A stretch of DNA of 64,000 nucleotides from Anaerolineae bacterium (GCA_034435395.1 DAOTXK010000268.1:2200-66199), one strand, 5' to 3'; numbered from the stretch's first letter, positions 17,876-30,121 are shown. Program-made: numbers and translations. The notes: generated from the sequence alone by a model not told the origin.

Positions 17876-19483
17876 ATGGACACTAACAGCCCTGAACCTG
17901 CGGTAGTACGCATCTTTGATACCACGCTGCGCGACGGCGAGCAGTCGCCCGGAGCCAGCCTGACCAGCGCCGAAAAGCTGGAGATCGCCCGTCAGCTGGC
18001 CAGACTCGGCGTGGATATCATCGAGGCTGGCTTCCCCGCCGCCAGCCGGGATGACCTGGTGGCCGTGCAGCGCATCGCTCAGGAAGTTGGCACCCCGGAT
18101 GGGCCGATCATTGCCGGGCTGGCCCGCGCCACCACGAGCGACATTGACAAAGCCTGGGAAGCGATCCGGCCGGCCGCCAAACCGCGCATTCATACGTTCC
18201 TCGCCACCTCCGATATCCATATGGAACGCAAACTGCGCATGACACGGGAGCAGGTGGTCGCCTGCACCCGCCAGATGGTCAGCTACGCCAAAGCGTACTG
18301 TGACGACGTGGAATTCAGCCCGGAGGATGCCGGTCGCTCCGATCCGGACTTCCTGATTGAAGTACTGGGGGTGGCCATCGAAGCAGGCGCAACCACCCTC
18401 AACATCCCGGACACGGTTGGTTACATAACTCCCGACGAATATTACGATCTGATGCACCAGCTGATCTCGGAAACTCCAGGCGGCGATAAGGTGATCTGGT
18501 CCGTGCACTGCCACGACGACCTGGGCTTTGCCACCGCTAACGCCATGGCCGGAGTCCGGGCCGGGGCGCGTCAGATCGAATGCACCGTTAACGGCATCGG
18601 TGAGCGGGCCGGCAATACCAGCCTGGAAGAAGTTGTGATGGCGCTGCACACCCGCCGCCCGTACTACAACCTGACGACCAACATCGACACCACGCAGATC
18701 GTTCGCACCAGTCGCATGGTCAGCAACTACACGGGCATCGTCGTGCAGCCCAATAAGGCGATTGTTGGCAGCAATGCCTTTGCCCATGAGGCAGGCATCC
18801 ACCAGGATGGCCTGCTCAAAGACCAGCGCACCTACGAAATCATGACCCCGCAGACGGTCGGCCTCACCCAGAGCCGATTGGTCCTGGGCAAGCACAGTGG
18901 CCGTCACGCCTTTCGCGTGCGCCTGGAAGAGCTGGGTTTCGCGCTGGACGATGAACAGTTGCAGCAAGCCTTTCAGCGCTTCAAGGAGCTTGCTGACAAA
19001 AAAAAGACCGTCACCGATGCCGATCTGGAAGCGCTGGTGGCCGATGAGTTCTACGGGCCCCAGGAAATCTACAAGCTGCTCGATCTGCAAGTCGCTTGCG
19101 GGCGGCCCGGCATGCCCACTGCCACCGTCCGGCTCCACGGCCCAGACGACAAAGTGTACATTGAGGCGGCTATTGGCGCTGGCCCGGTCGATGCCTGCTT
19201 CCAGGCTATTGACAAGATCGTCCAGGCTCCCAATACCCTGATCGAGTACAGCGTACACAGCGTCACCGAAGGCATCGATGCCCTGGGAGAAGTCACCGTC
19301 CGTATTGCCTCGGAAAACGGCAACTCGCGCACATTCGGCGGCTATGGCGCGGATACTGACATCATCATGGCCAGCGCCAAAGCTTACCTGGCAGCCCTGA
19401 ATCGCATGCTGACCGTCAGAGGCGGCAGGCACGGCAAACCTGAAGGGGAGGCCGCCACGATTCAAGTGGCCGCCAGCGCTTGA
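17876..19483 (+). CDS. leuA: 2-isopropylmalate synthase
   Basis: [29 protein letters not shown]-terminal LeuA dimerisation/regulatory domain. ATG 17876 is preceded by AAAGGA. Confidence 0.95.
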   Translation: MDTNSPEPAVVRIFDTTLRDGEQSPGASLTSAEKLEIARQLARLGVDIIEAGFPAASRDDLVAVQRIAQEVGTPDGPIIAGLARATTSDIDKAWEAIRPAAKPRIHTFLATSDIHMERKLRMTREQVVACTRQMVSYAKAYCDDVEFSPEDAGRSDPDFLIEVLGVAIEAGATTLNIPDTVGYITPDEYYDLMHQLISETPGGDKVIWSVHCHDDLGFATANAMAGVRAGARQIECTVNGIGERAGNTSLEEVVMALHTRRPYYNLTTNIDTTQIVRTSRMVSNYTGIVVQPNKAIVGSNAFAHEAGIHQDGLLKDQRTYEIMTPQTVGLTQSRLVLGKHSGRHAFRVRLEELGFALDDEQLQQAFQRFKELADKKKTVTDADLEALVADEFYGPQEIYKLLDLQVACGRPGMPTATVRLHGPDDKVYIEAAIGAGPVDACFQAIDKIVQAPNTLIEYSVHSVTEGIDALGEVTVRIASENGNSRTFGGYGADTDIIMASAKAYLAALNRMLTVRGGRHGKPEGEAATIQVAASA

Positions 19484-19753
19484 TCGCCCGCAACCGATTG
19501 ACAAAAGGTGCCCTATGATGAACGAACACACCACCCAGACCGACAATCACACTGACGAACACGATATCTTCCCGTCCTTCCCGGCCCCGCGCGTATGGAA
19601 TCTCGGCTGGGAATGCGACGCGTTTTCTGGGAACGTCCATGAGGAAAGCACGGCGGACTTCCTGTCAGCGGCCACATCTGAGATCGCCATTACGATTATC
19701 CGGCCGCACGTGCGCCACTAGCCCAGGCGTCTCGCCAGCACGTTCCAAAGTGT

Positions 19754-19786
19754 GGGGGAGCCAGGGGCTCCCCCGAATTTTGATTT
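19754..19786 (+). terminator. terminator-like hairpin in the leuA-leuC spacer
   Basis: GGGGGAGCC-AGG-GGCTCCCCC followed by GAATTTTGATTT, about 20 nt before the leuC ATG. Confidence 0.4.
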
Positions 19787-19806
19787 CACGCACAAGGGCC
19801 TGTCTT

Positions 19807-21237
19807 ATGATGCCACCATCCGTACCCCACACCTTGCTGGAGAAGATTTGGGACGCGCATGTCGTCTCGCCGCAGCAAGCCGATACCCCGGCCTCGCTGT
19901 ACATCGATCTGCATCTGGTCCATGAAGTAACCTCGCCGCAGGCATTTGCCCAGTTGCGGGAACACGGGTTGCGCGTCCGCCGGCCAGATCGCACCCTGGC
20001 AACGATGGATCACAGCACCCCCACCACGCCCCGCACCGCCGATGGCCTGATCCCCGTCACCGATGCCATGGCCGCCGCTCAGCTTGACCAGCTACGGGCC
20101 AACTGCGCGGAGTTCGGCATCCCGCTCTACGATTTGGGCGCTGACCAACAGGGCATCGTTCACGTCATCGGGCCGGAGCAGGGTCTCACCCAGCCAGGCA
20201 TGACCATCGTCTGCGGAGACAGCCACACCAGCACGCACGGCGCTTTGGGAGCGCTGGCCTTCGGCATCGGCACGAGCGAGGTCGCCCATGTGCTGGCTAC
20301 CCAATGCCTGCTCCAGTACAAACCCAGGACCTTTGAAATCCGCGTCGACGGGCAACTCAGGCCCGGCGTCACCGCCAAAGACATCATCCTGGCGGTCATC
20401 GCCCAGATCGGCGTCGAGGGCGGCACCGGCCACGTTTTTGAGTATACCGGCCAGGTGATCCGGAGTCTGGACATGGACGGGCGCATGACCGTCTGCAACA
20501 TGTCCATCGAAGGCGGCGCACGGGCTGGCATGATCGCGCCGGATGACACAACCTTCGAGTATCTGGCCGGGCGACCCCATGCCCCCCGGGGTCGGGCCTG
20601 GGACCAGGCCGTGGCCGCCTGGCGCGCGCTGCCGACTGACGATGGGGCCACTTACGACCAGAGTCTCACCCTCGATGCCAGCGAGCTGACCCCCATGATC
20701 ACCTATGGCACCAATCCAGGCATGGGCATGCCGATCACGGCCCGTATCCCCGACCCGGCTGCCGTCGGCGACTTGAGTCGGCGACAGGCGCTGGAGAAAG
20801 CGCTGGTATACATGGGATTGCAGCCGGGCCAGCCGCTCCTGGGCCGGAAAGTGGATGTGGTCTTCATCGGCAGCTGCACCAATTCTCGTATTTCCGATCT
20901 GCGCGCCGCCGCGCGGGTCCTGCGAGGGCGGAAGGTCGCGGACGGAGTACGATTGCTGGTCGTGCCCGGTTCGCAGCCGGTCAAACGGCAGGCGGAAGCC
21001 GAAGGGCTGGATCGCGTTTTTAAGGAGGCGGGGGCAGAGTGGCGTGAGGCCGGTTGCTCCATGTGCATCGCCATGAATGGCGATCAGCTTCAGCCGGGTC
21101 AATACGCCGTCAGCACCAGCAACCGTAACTTCGAGGGCCGCCAGGGCAAAGGCGGGCGGACGTTCCTGGCCAGCCCACTCACCGCCGCTGCTGCCGCCGT
21201 GACCGGCCAGATCGCCGACGTGAGGGAGATGTTATGA
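19807..21237 (+). CDS. leuC: 3-isopropylmalate dehydratase large subunit
   Basis: [13 protein letters not shown]-terminus and aconitase-family Cys motifs ([15 protein letters not shown]). The track ORF N-terminal extension is rejected. Confidence 0.95.
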   Translation: MMPPSVPHTLLEKIWDAHVVSPQQADTPASLYIDLHLVHEVTSPQAFAQLREHGLRVRRPDRTLATMDHSTPTTPRTADGLIPVTDAMAAAQLDQLRANCAEFGIPLYDLGADQQGIVHVIGPEQGLTQPGMTIVCGDSHTSTHGALGALAFGIGTSEVAHVLATQCLLQYKPRTFEIRVDGQLRPGVTAKDIILAVIAQIGVEGGTGHVFEYTGQVIRSLDMDGRMTVCNMSIEGGARAGMIAPDDTTFEYLAGRPHAPRGRAWDQAVAAWRALPTDDGATYDQSLTLDASELTPMITYGTNPGMGMPITARIPDPAAVGDLSRRQALEKALVYMGLQPGQPLLGRKVDVVFIGSCTNSRISDLRAAARVLRGRKVADGVRLLVVPGSQPVKRQAEAEGLDRVFKEAGAEWREAGCSMCIAMNGDQLQPGQYAVSTSNRNFEGRQGKGGRTFLASPLTAAAAAVTGQIADVREML

Positions 21238-21869
21238 TACCGGCGTTTACCACCCTTAACAGCACGATGGTTCCCCTGCCCATCGAAAATATCGATACCG
21301 ATCAGATCATCCCGGCGCGCTTCCTGAAAGTCACCGATAAAGCTGGACTGGGGGAAAGCCTGTTTGCCGACTGGCGCTATGACGCCGATGGCAGCCCGAA
21401 ACCCGATTTCCCGCTCAACAGGCCGGAGTTCCGGGGCGCGCAAATCCTGGTGGCCGGGGATAACTTCGGCTGCGGCAGTTCCCGCGAGCACGCCCCGTGG
21501 GCCTTGCTCGGCTACGGATTCCGCGCCGTGGTCAGCACGCGCTTTGCCGACATTTTCCGGAACAACGCGCTGAAGAACGGCCTCCTGCCAGTTACGGTCG
21601 ATAAACCCACCCTTCAGCAGTTGTTCAGCCTGATCGCCGAGCAGCCGGACAGCGCCGTCTCCATCGATCTCGCGGCTCAGTCCCTGACGCTGCCGGATGG
21701 CCGCGCCGTCCGCTTCCCCATCGACGGCTTTGCCAGGCACTGCCTGCTCCACGGCGTCGACCAGCTCGGCTACCTGATGCAGTTAACACCGCAGATCGCC
21801 GCGTATGAGGCGGCGCACCCGGCCCCGGTCAACACGCTTGCGCCAAACGTGACGCGCTCCTCGATGTAA
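21234..21869 (+). CDS. leuD: 3-isopropylmalate dehydratase small subunit
   Basis: ATGA overlap with leu[18 protein letters not shown] motif. Confidence 0.95.
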   Translation: MIPAFTTLNSTMVPLPIENIDTDQIIPARFLKVTDKAGLGESLFADWRYDADGSPKPDFPLNRPEFRGAQILVAGDNFGCGSSREHAPWALLGYGFRAVVSTRFADIFRNNALKNGLLPVTVDKPTLQQLFSLIAEQPDSAVSIDLAAQSLTLPDGRAVRFPIDGFARHCLLHGVDQLGYLMQLTPQIAAYEAAHPAPVNTLAPNVTRSSM

Positions 21870-21890
21870 GCCCGACAAGGAGAGAGTACC

Positions 21891-23449
<1,559 letters not shown>

Positions 23450-23453
<4 letters not shown>

Positions 23454-24526
23454 GCACCATGAAGGCGACCATAGCGGTCCTGCCCGGCGATGGTATCGGG
23501 CCGGAAGTAGTGACGCAGGCCAGACGGGTATTGTCCCGCATCGCCATGAGCGGCGGGCACGATTTCACATTCGTGGAAGCGCTGATGGGTGGATGTGCCA
23601 TCGACGCCACGGGCAGCCCGCTTCCGCTGGACACGTTAGCCCTCTGCGAGGACGCGGATGCCATCCTGCTGGGTGCGGTCGGCGGCCCCTCATGGTCTGA
23701 TCCCACCGCCGCCGTCCGTCCGGAACAGGGCCTGCTCGCCCTGCGCCACCATTTTGGGCTGTTCGCCAACCTGCGCCCCGTCAAGGTGTTCCCGGCGCTG
23801 GCCGCCCACGCCCCCCTGCGCGCCGACTTACTGGCGGATGTGGATATCCTGTTCGTGCGCGAACTCACCGGCGGCATCTACTTCGGCGAACGACAGGAGC
23901 AGGGTAGCGGCGACAGCGCCTACGACACCATGCGTTATTCCGTAGACGAGGTCAGGCGGGTCGCCCACGTGGCTTTCCAGGCAGCCCGGAAGCGCCGCCG
24001 ACGGGTGACCTCGGTGGACAAGGCCAATGTGCTGGCCTCAATGCGTTTATGGCGGCGCACCGTGACCCAGGTAGCGGCGGAGTACCCTGATGTGGAACTG
24101 GAACACCTGCTGGTGGACGCCTGTGCCATGCACCTGCTACGCCGTCCGGCCACCTTTGATGTGGTGCTGGCCGGCAATATGTTCGGGGATATTCTGAGCG
24201 ACGAGTCGGCCACGCTCGCCGGGTCACTGGGCATGCTGCCTTCCGCCTCGCTGGGTGAAGGGACCAGGGGTCTCTACGAACCCATACACGGCTCCGCGCC
24301 GGATATCGCCGGGCGCGGCATCGCCAATCCCATCGGGACCATTCTCAGCGCCGCCCTGATGCTCCGCCACACCTTCGGCCTGGAGGAAGAAGCCGGCGCG
24401 GTTGAGCAGGCCGTGGCCAGGACTCTGGACGATGGACTGCGAACCGCTGACATTGCGGGGGCCGGGGAAAGGCCGGTTACCACCCTGGCCATGACCGATG
24501 CCATCCTGGCCAACCTGCCCTCCTAA
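23450..24526 (+). CDS. leuB: 3-isopropylmalate dehydrogenase
   Basis: ATGA overlap with cimA. IAVLPGDGIGPEV N-terminus and NMFGDILSDE signature. Confidence 0.95.
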
Positions 24527-24592
24527 AGGCCAGCCGCCCGGCCAGAGAACAAGGCCAGGCGGCATCATCACAGGGTTAGCCGCGTCGCGACC

Positions 24593-26515
24593 CTAAAATT
24601 TCAGATTGACATCGGTCGCGTCAATGTCCGGCGCGGACGGCGACGATCGATCCTTCACCGTGGCCGAGGACATGGCCAGCGCCGACACCAGGAACAGCAA
24701 CCGCCGCCCCTTGGGCGCGATCGACTTCCAGCGCAGCCCTCGCATCGCGCACAGGGCCAGAGCCACAAAATATTCACTCCAGTTTTCCGGATCGGCCAGG
24801 CAGTCGGCCACGATTCCCCGCACGGCGGCAATACAGTGGAGCGCTCGCTCGACCGGCAACCGTCCGCGCGGAGCCTCCCCCGACAGGCCAACCTCGGCCA
24901 GCAGGTTGATCACCGGCCAGATGTCCCCCCAAGCCTCGCCATCGATAGCCGGGGCGACCACTTCTGTCAGCAGGCTGGACTCCAGCACCGCCCAATCAAA
25001 AAGGGTGTGACCCTCGCGGGTATTGGCGAAATCGATCAGCCAGGCATTGCCGCCTGGCCCCACCAGAATATTATGCAGGTGCAGGTCGCCATGGATGATA
25101 CATAAGGAGCCAGCCACGCGGCGTTGCAACAGGTTCAGATAACGCTTGAGCGGATTGGGAAGCTGCACCGGAAAGCCTGGCTGCTCCGGCAATCGATCGC
25201 TGTCCAGGTCAAAATCCGGCTCCAGCTCGGCCACCTGCTGATAAAGCAGGTCGTCACGGGTCGCCACCACCTGGCCCACCAGCCGATCCACGATGCCACC
25301 CCGGTAGAACTGGGGAGACGGCAGCCTGATCCCGCGTACTTCAAGTTTGCCAGCCCGGTTGGAGGCCTCAGGCCCAGCTCCCGATGTCAACTGGATGGCG
25401 TTCCGGTCGGGATAAAAATCCTCCACCGTGAACCCCTCCAGCGCCACCACTTCCTGGTGAGCAAACCGCCCACGGCGGCTCCACTGTCCCATCGGCGTGA
25501 GTTTCCGCCGCGGCGCGGCCAGGCCAGGGGCGACTTCCACCACCAGCGCGGGCGGGAGCACCATCTCGTATTCCTGCCACACGCCAAAGCGATAGGGGTG
25601 CCGCTGCGACCACCAGGTTTCCCCAAAGAAACGATACAGACTCTCCCACAGCAACTCGCTCAAGGCCTCCGGCCCATGGTCGCGGGCGTAAACGGCCAGA
25701 TCGACCGGCCCAACCTGGCTGGAACTGCGTACAAACGTGTACTTCAGCCCGCCCAGCGGCGAGTTATCGGGCACGACCGGATTGTCCACGACCCGCGCCG
25801 AGGTTGGCGGCAGCGTGTCCCGCACAAAGGAGTCATACCGCATCTTTTCATATAGAATCGCCTGCCGCTCATCGAGCTTGACCACGACCGAAGCATCGGC
25901 GTGGCCGTCCGCCCGGTACGGGGTGGCGACCAGCACGCGCGCGGGCGTGTGCCCGCCTTCCAGTTCGCGCTCGATTTCCACCCGGGCGTGACCGCGAAAC
26001 AACTGCTGCAACACCTCGATCTCAAGGTGATTCAGCGCGATGCCACCTTTGGGCTTAACCGGCACCGTCGGGACCTGAAACTGCATCTCGGCGGACCAGT
26101 TGGCCGCCTGCGAGATAAGCTGCTCAGCATCCGCGCCGATATCCGCCAGCACGCGACAGGGCAGGCTGTCCCCTTCCTGAAGAATCGCCAGAAATAACTC
26201 GCGCTCAGAGGGATGAGGTCGCCCCTTATCCTGCGCCAGTTCCCGCGCCAGGCGCAGCACGGTATGCAGGCGCGGCGTTTCACGGAACCCCGGCCAAAAG
26301 CGCCGATTATCCCCCTGCCCCAACGCCTGACGAACCATGTACCGGGCGAACCTCGGCGCAATCCCGTGACTCTCCAGAGTGCTGGCCGTCACCCCCCCTT
26401 TGAGTTTGGTGAGGGCAATAAAGAGATGCTCTACACCGACATAAAAGTGTCCTGAACGGGCCGACTCTTTGCGCGCCAGGGCGAAAATATCGTCATACTC
26501 TGGAGCAGACACCAC
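24593..26515 (-). CDS. Clp_N-domain / protein-kinase-like (APH/ePK-like) fusion protein
   Basis: N-terminal Clp_N-like repeats (HFYVGVEHLFIAL.., TPRLHTVLRLARELA..ERELFLAIL). VVVKLD Lys motif. Catalytic core CIIHGDLHLHNILV..AWLIDFANT. 640 aa. Confidence 0.7.
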   Translation of the reverse strand: MVSAPEYDDIFALARKESARSGHFYVGVEHLFIALTKLKGGVTASTLESHGIAPRFARYMVRQALGQGDNRRFWPGFRETPRLHTVLRLARELAQDKGRPHPSERELFLAILQEGDSLPCRVLADIGADAEQLISQAANWSAEMQFQVPTVPVKPKGGIALNHLEIEVLQQLFRGHARVEIERELEGGHTPARVLVATPYRADGHADASVVVKLDERQAILYEKMRYDSFVRDTLPPTSARVVDNPVVPDNSPLGGLKYTFVRSSSQVGPVDLAVYARDHGPEALSELLWESLYRFFGETWWSQRHPYRFGVWQEYEMVLPPALVVEVAPGLAAPRRKLTPMGQWSRRGRFAHQEVVALEGFTVEDFYPDRNAIQLTSGAGPEASNRAGKLEVRGIRLPSPQFYRGGIVDRLVGQVVATRDDLLYQQVAELEPDFDLDSDRLPEQPGFPVQLPNPLKRYLNLLQRRVAGSLCIIHGDLHLHNILVGPGGNAWLIDFANTREGHTLFDWAVLESSLLTEVVAPAIDGEAWGDIWPVINLLAEVGLSGEAPRGRLPVERALHCIAAVRGIVADCLADPENWSEYFVALALCAMRGLRWKSIAPKGRRLLFLVSALAMSSATVKDRSSPSAPDIDATDVNLKF

Positions 26516-26974
26516 TCACCGTTCCGTATTCTCCAACCGTAACCAGGTCCGGCCAATGCGAAAAAGCGCCCCTTCTTCGAGACGCGAGGCCCCCTCAATC
26601 TGTTTCTTACCGATGAACGTCCCATTGCGACTGCCGCTGTCTTCCACGAACCATCCTTCGCCGGGGCGATATTGCAGCCGCGCATGTAACCGGGAGATCT
26701 GGGTGTCAAATGGCAGACACAGGTCGCAATCGTCACGCCGACCAAGCGTCAGCACCCACGCGCCATTGGCCCCCATGCTGCCGTCACCATCGACCCGTTG
26801 GAAGCGCACCCGTCGGCCATCATCAGGCCCACTCATAATCGTGATCGTTAACTGGAGATCCGCCTCATCTATCATAACGCCTGGCCCATGCCCGCTACCC
26901 TGATCCGGTTGCAACCCTAGTATACTCCACTCAGGCGGACGAAGAAACGGTCTGACTGGCGAAAGCGCCGTCAT
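26516..26974 (-). CDS. FHA domain protein
   Basis: FHA core LTLGRRDDCDLCLPFDTQISRLHARL..EDSGSRNGTFI. Its stop is directly followed by the GTG of the Clp_N-kinase gene. Alternative start ATG 26875 (MIDEADLQL). Confidence 0.8.
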   Translation of the reverse strand: MTALSPVRPFLRPPEWSILGLQPDQGSGHGPGVMIDEADLQLTITIMSGPDDGRRVRFQRVDGDGSMGANGAWVLTLGRRDDCDLCLPFDTQISRLHARLQYRPGEGWFVEDSGSRNGTFIGKKQIEGASRLEEGALFRIGRTWLRLENTER

Positions 26975-27011
26975 CCGGACCGACTATATCATACCGCAGG
27001 CCGCTTAACCA

Positions 27012-27041
27012 TTGACGCCACCCGCCGCCGCATGTTATACT
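27012..27041 (+). promoter_or_regulatory. sigma70-type promoter candidate for the valS T-box leader
   Basis: TTGACG (27012-27017), 18 nt spacer, TATACT (27036-27041). Confidence 0.45.
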
Positions 27042-27059
27042 AACGCCAACCAAATGCAT

Positions 27060-27308
27060 AGTTTCATCAACTATGACGGAGAGGAGTAGGCGGCCAGCGC
27101 CCTCTCAGAGAGGTGGGTCACCGGCTGAAAGCCCACCAGGGTAGCCCCGCTGAAGGTCGCTCCTGAGTTGAGACGTTGAACATACCAGTAGGCGTCTCCG
27201 GTTTGGCCCGTTATCGCGTCAGAGTGCCTGCGTCTTGAGAAGGCGCGGGAACCAAGGTGGTACCACGGAAGTTGCGACCTTTCGCCCTTGACGGCGGAAG
27301 GTTTTTTG
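27060..27308 (+). promoter_or_regulatory. T-box leader (tRNA-Val responsive) with terminator
   Basis: Stem I elements (AGAGA at CTCAGAGAGG). Specifier-loop GAAG-GUC-G with Val codon GTC at 27156-27158. Conserved T-box AACCAAGGTGGTACCACGG at 27250-27268. Terminator ACCTTTCGCC-CTTGAC-GGCGGAAGGT plus T6 at 27277-27308. Confidence 0.88.
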
Positions 27309-27464
27309 TTCGAGATTCCCTGGCCACAGAACGGGGGTGAGAAACATGTCAAACGTTGACGACGGCGGTGTTGGCTGGTGGCGCTGCCACCCGATTGTGT
27401 CTCTCCCCTCAGGGTCAATGCGGTTATTGCCTGAGTCTGGCTCACCCGTCACTATACCGGGAAA

Positions 27465-30107
27465 GTGAACAACGACATGACCAAAGAAATGCCCCGCATC
27501 TTCGACTTCAGAGAGGCCGAAGCACGCCTCTATCAGTGGTGGCAGGAAAACGGCTGGTTCAAGCCCGAAACGGCTGGCTCCGACGCCGAACCGTTCGTGA
27601 TCAGCATTCCGCCGCCTAATGTGACTGGCGAACTGCATCAGGGCCATGCGATGTTCGTCAGCCTGGAAGACCTGATGATCCGCTATGAGCGGATGCGTGG
27701 TAAGGCGGCCCTGTGGGTGCCTGGCACCGACCATGCCAGCATCGCCACCGAACTTCAGGTGGAAAAAATGTTGCAGGCGGAAGGCTCCAGCCGTCGCCAG
27801 ATCGGGCGGGAGGAATTCCTGCGCCGGGCCTGGGCGTGGCGAGAGAAGTATGGCGGGCGCATCAATGAACAGCTCCGACGCCTGGGAGCGAGCTGTGACT
27901 GGGATCGCGAGCGTTTCACGCTCGACGACGGGCTTTCCAGAGCCGTGCGCGAAGCATTCGTCACGCTGTGGGAACAGGGTTTGATCTACCGGGGCCCACG
28001 TCTGGTGAACTGGAGTCCCGGCTTGCAGACCGCTGTCAGCGATCTTGAAGTGGAATATGAGGAAATAGACGCCACGTTGTATTACTTCAAGTATTGTCTG
28101 CATGACGATCCGGATACCTACATCCCGGTGGCGACCACCCGCCCTGAAACCATCCTGGGCGATACAGCCGTAGCCGTGCACCCGGAAGATGACCGCTATC
28201 GGCGCTTGATCGGTCAACGCGTGATCGTGCCTATGATGAACCGCGCCATACCGGTGATCGGCGACGCCTACGTGAACCGGGAGTTCGGCACCGGGGCGTT
28301 GAAGGTCACGCCCGGCCATGATCCCAACGACTACGAGATCGCGGGACGTCATGGGCTGGAAATCATCAACATCATGAACAAAGACGCAACGCTCAACGAA
28401 AATGCCGGTGCCTATGCCGGGTTGGATCGTTTTGAGGCCCGCCAGAAGCTCTGGGCGGACATGAAAGCCGCCGGCCTGGTCATCAAGGAAGAGCCGTACC
28501 ATCACAGCGTGCCCGTCAGCCAGCGCGGCGGCGAAATGGTCGAACCGCTCATCAGCGAGCAGTGGTTCGTTAAGATCAAACCGCTGGCCGAAAAAGCGAT
28601 TGAAGCCGTGCGCGATGGGCGCATTCAGATCGTGCCGGAACGCTTTACGAAAGTTTACTTCCACTGGATGGAAAATATCCGCGACTGGTGCATCAGCCGC
28701 CAGTTATGGTGGGGCCATCGCATCCCGGCCTGGTACGGCCCCGGTGGCGAGATCGTGGTGAGTCGGGATGGCCCGCCCGACGACGGTCGCCCCTGGCGGC
28801 AGGACGAAGATGTGCTGGACACCTGGTTCAGCAGCGGCTTGTGGCCGTTCAGCACGTTGGGCTGGCCGGAGCAAACGGCAGACCTGCAACGATATTACCC
28901 GACCAGCATCATGGAAACGGGCTACGATATCCTGTTCTTTTGGGTGGCCCGCATGATCATGATGGGGCTGTGGTTCACCGGCAAGGTCCCATTCCGGACG
29001 GTCTACTTGCACGGCCTTGTCAGAGATGAGCATGGTCGCAAGATGAGCAAGACCACCGGCAACGTGATCGATCCCATCCAGAACATCGAGGAGTATGGGG
29101 CCGACGCGCTCCGTTTCACCCTGCTGACGGGCAGCACGCCGGGCAATGACATGAACCTGTCGGAGGACCGCATCCGTTCCAACCGCAACTTCGGCAACAA
29201 AATCTGGCAGATGGCGCGTTTCGTGACCGGCAATCTCGGCGGGGAAGCGCCCATCGGCCCGCCGGCGCGTGACGGCCTGAGCCTGCCCGACCGCTGGATT
29301 CTGAGCCGGCTGCACGGGCTGATCGCCAATGTGCAGCGGCTGTTCGACTCCTACCAGTATGGCGAAGCCGGGCGGCAGATCTATGACTTCATGTGGGGCG
29401 AATATGCCGACTGGTACATCGAGATCAGCAAGGAAACGCTGTTCGGCGAGGACGAGAAGGCCAAATCCCGCACCCGACACACCCTGGTCTACGTGCTGGA
29501 GACCTGCCTGCGACTGCTGCACCCGTACATGCCGTTCGTCACAGAGGAAGTCTGGCAGTACCTCCCCCACCACGGCCCTGCGCTGATCATCGCCAGATGG
29601 CCCGAAGCCGACCCCGCATTTTATGATGAGGAGGCCGAGGTCAGCATGAAGGCCCTCATCGAGCTGATTCGGGGCATACGGAATGTGCGGGCCGAGTATG
29701 AGGTGGACCCCGGACGCCGGATCAAAGCGCTGATCCACGGCGGCAGCTACCGCTCCCTGATCGCCGCGTATGAAAGTCTGTTTGACCGACTGGCGCGCGT
29801 TGAGACGATCACCTACCTGACCAGCCACGATGGCGCGCCGGAGAAGGCTGCGTCGGTCGTTGTCGGTGATGCGACGATCTACCTTCCGCTGGCCGGCCTG
29901 ATTGATCTGAAAGCTGAACAGGCCCGGTTGAGTCAGGAGATGGAAAACCTGGACGGCCTGCTGACGCGGTCCAGAAACCTGCTGGAGAATCCCAACTTTG
30001 TGAATAAGGCCAACCCGGAAGTCGTGGAACGGGAGCGCGCCAAACTGGCCGATCTGGAGGCCAGGAAAGAAACCATCCAGAAACGTCTGGCTATCCTGAG
30101 CGATTAA
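27465..30107 (+). CDS. valS: valyl-tRNA synthetase
   Basis: Class I motifs PPPNVTGELHQGHA (HIGH) and KMSKT, C-terminal coiled coil. Start is GTG 27465 or ATG 27477. Confidence 0.95.
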   Translation: MNNDMTKEMPRIFDFREAEARLYQWWQENGWFKPETAGSDAEPFVISIPPPNVTGELHQGHAMFVSLEDLMIRYERMRGKAALWVPGTDHASIATELQVEKMLQAEGSSRRQIGREEFLRRAWAWREKYGGRINEQLRRLGASCDWDRERFTLDDGLSRAVREAFVTLWEQGLIYRGPRLVNWSPGLQTAVSDLEVEYEEIDATLYYFKYCLHDDPDTYIPVATTRPETILGDTAVAVHPEDDRYRRLIGQRVIVPMMNRAIPVIGDAYVNREFGTGALKVTPGHDPNDYEIAGRHGLEIINIMNKDATLNENAGAYAGLDRFEARQKLWADMKAAGLVIKEEPYHHSVPVSQRGGEMVEPLISEQWFVKIKPLAEKAIEAVRDGRIQIVPERFTKVYFHWMENIRDWCISRQLWWGHRIPAWYGPGGEIVVSRDGPPDDGRPWRQDEDVLDTWFSSGLWPFSTLGWPEQTADLQRYYPTSIMETGYDILFFWVARMIMMGLWFTGKVPFRTVYLHGLVRDEHGRKMSKTTGNVIDPIQNIEEYGADALRFTLLTGSTPGNDMNLSEDRIRSNRNFGNKIWQMARFVTGNLGGEAPIGPPARDGLSLPDRWILSRLHGLIANVQRLFDSYQYGEAGRQIYDFMWGEYADWYIEISKETLFGEDEKAKSRTRHTLVYVLETCLRLLHPYMPFVTEEVWQYLPHHGPALIIARWPEADPAFYDEEAEVSMKALIELIRGIRNVRAEYEVDPGRRIKALIHGGSYRSLIAAYESLFDRLARVETITYLTSHDGAPEKAASVVVGDATIYLPLAGLIDLKAEQARLSQEMENLDGLLTRSRNLLENPNFVNKANPEVVERERAKLADLEARKETIQKRLAILSD

Positions 30108-30121
30108 AACCGGTCGAGGCC

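Noticed and set aside
19515-19721. 68-codon ORF between leuA and leuC as a leucine leader peptide or a real small gene.
   Set aside because: It has only 2 Leu codons, no convincing SD, and no recognisable domain. It is kept only as part of the unexplained spacer finding.
27219-28664. Long antisense ORFs opposite well-supported genes. Examples are 27219-28664(-) vs valS, 17855-19546(-) vs leuA, 33530-35272(-) vs the kinase/mutL, 12602-13795(-) vs ilvD, 62399-63436(-) vs GT39 and 20092-21102(-) vs leuC.
   Set aside because: This is a typical stop-codon-poor shadow-frame artefact of GC-rich DNA. Their products are Arg/Gly/Pro/Ala-rich with no motifs, whereas the opposite strand encodes proteins with unmistakable family signatures.
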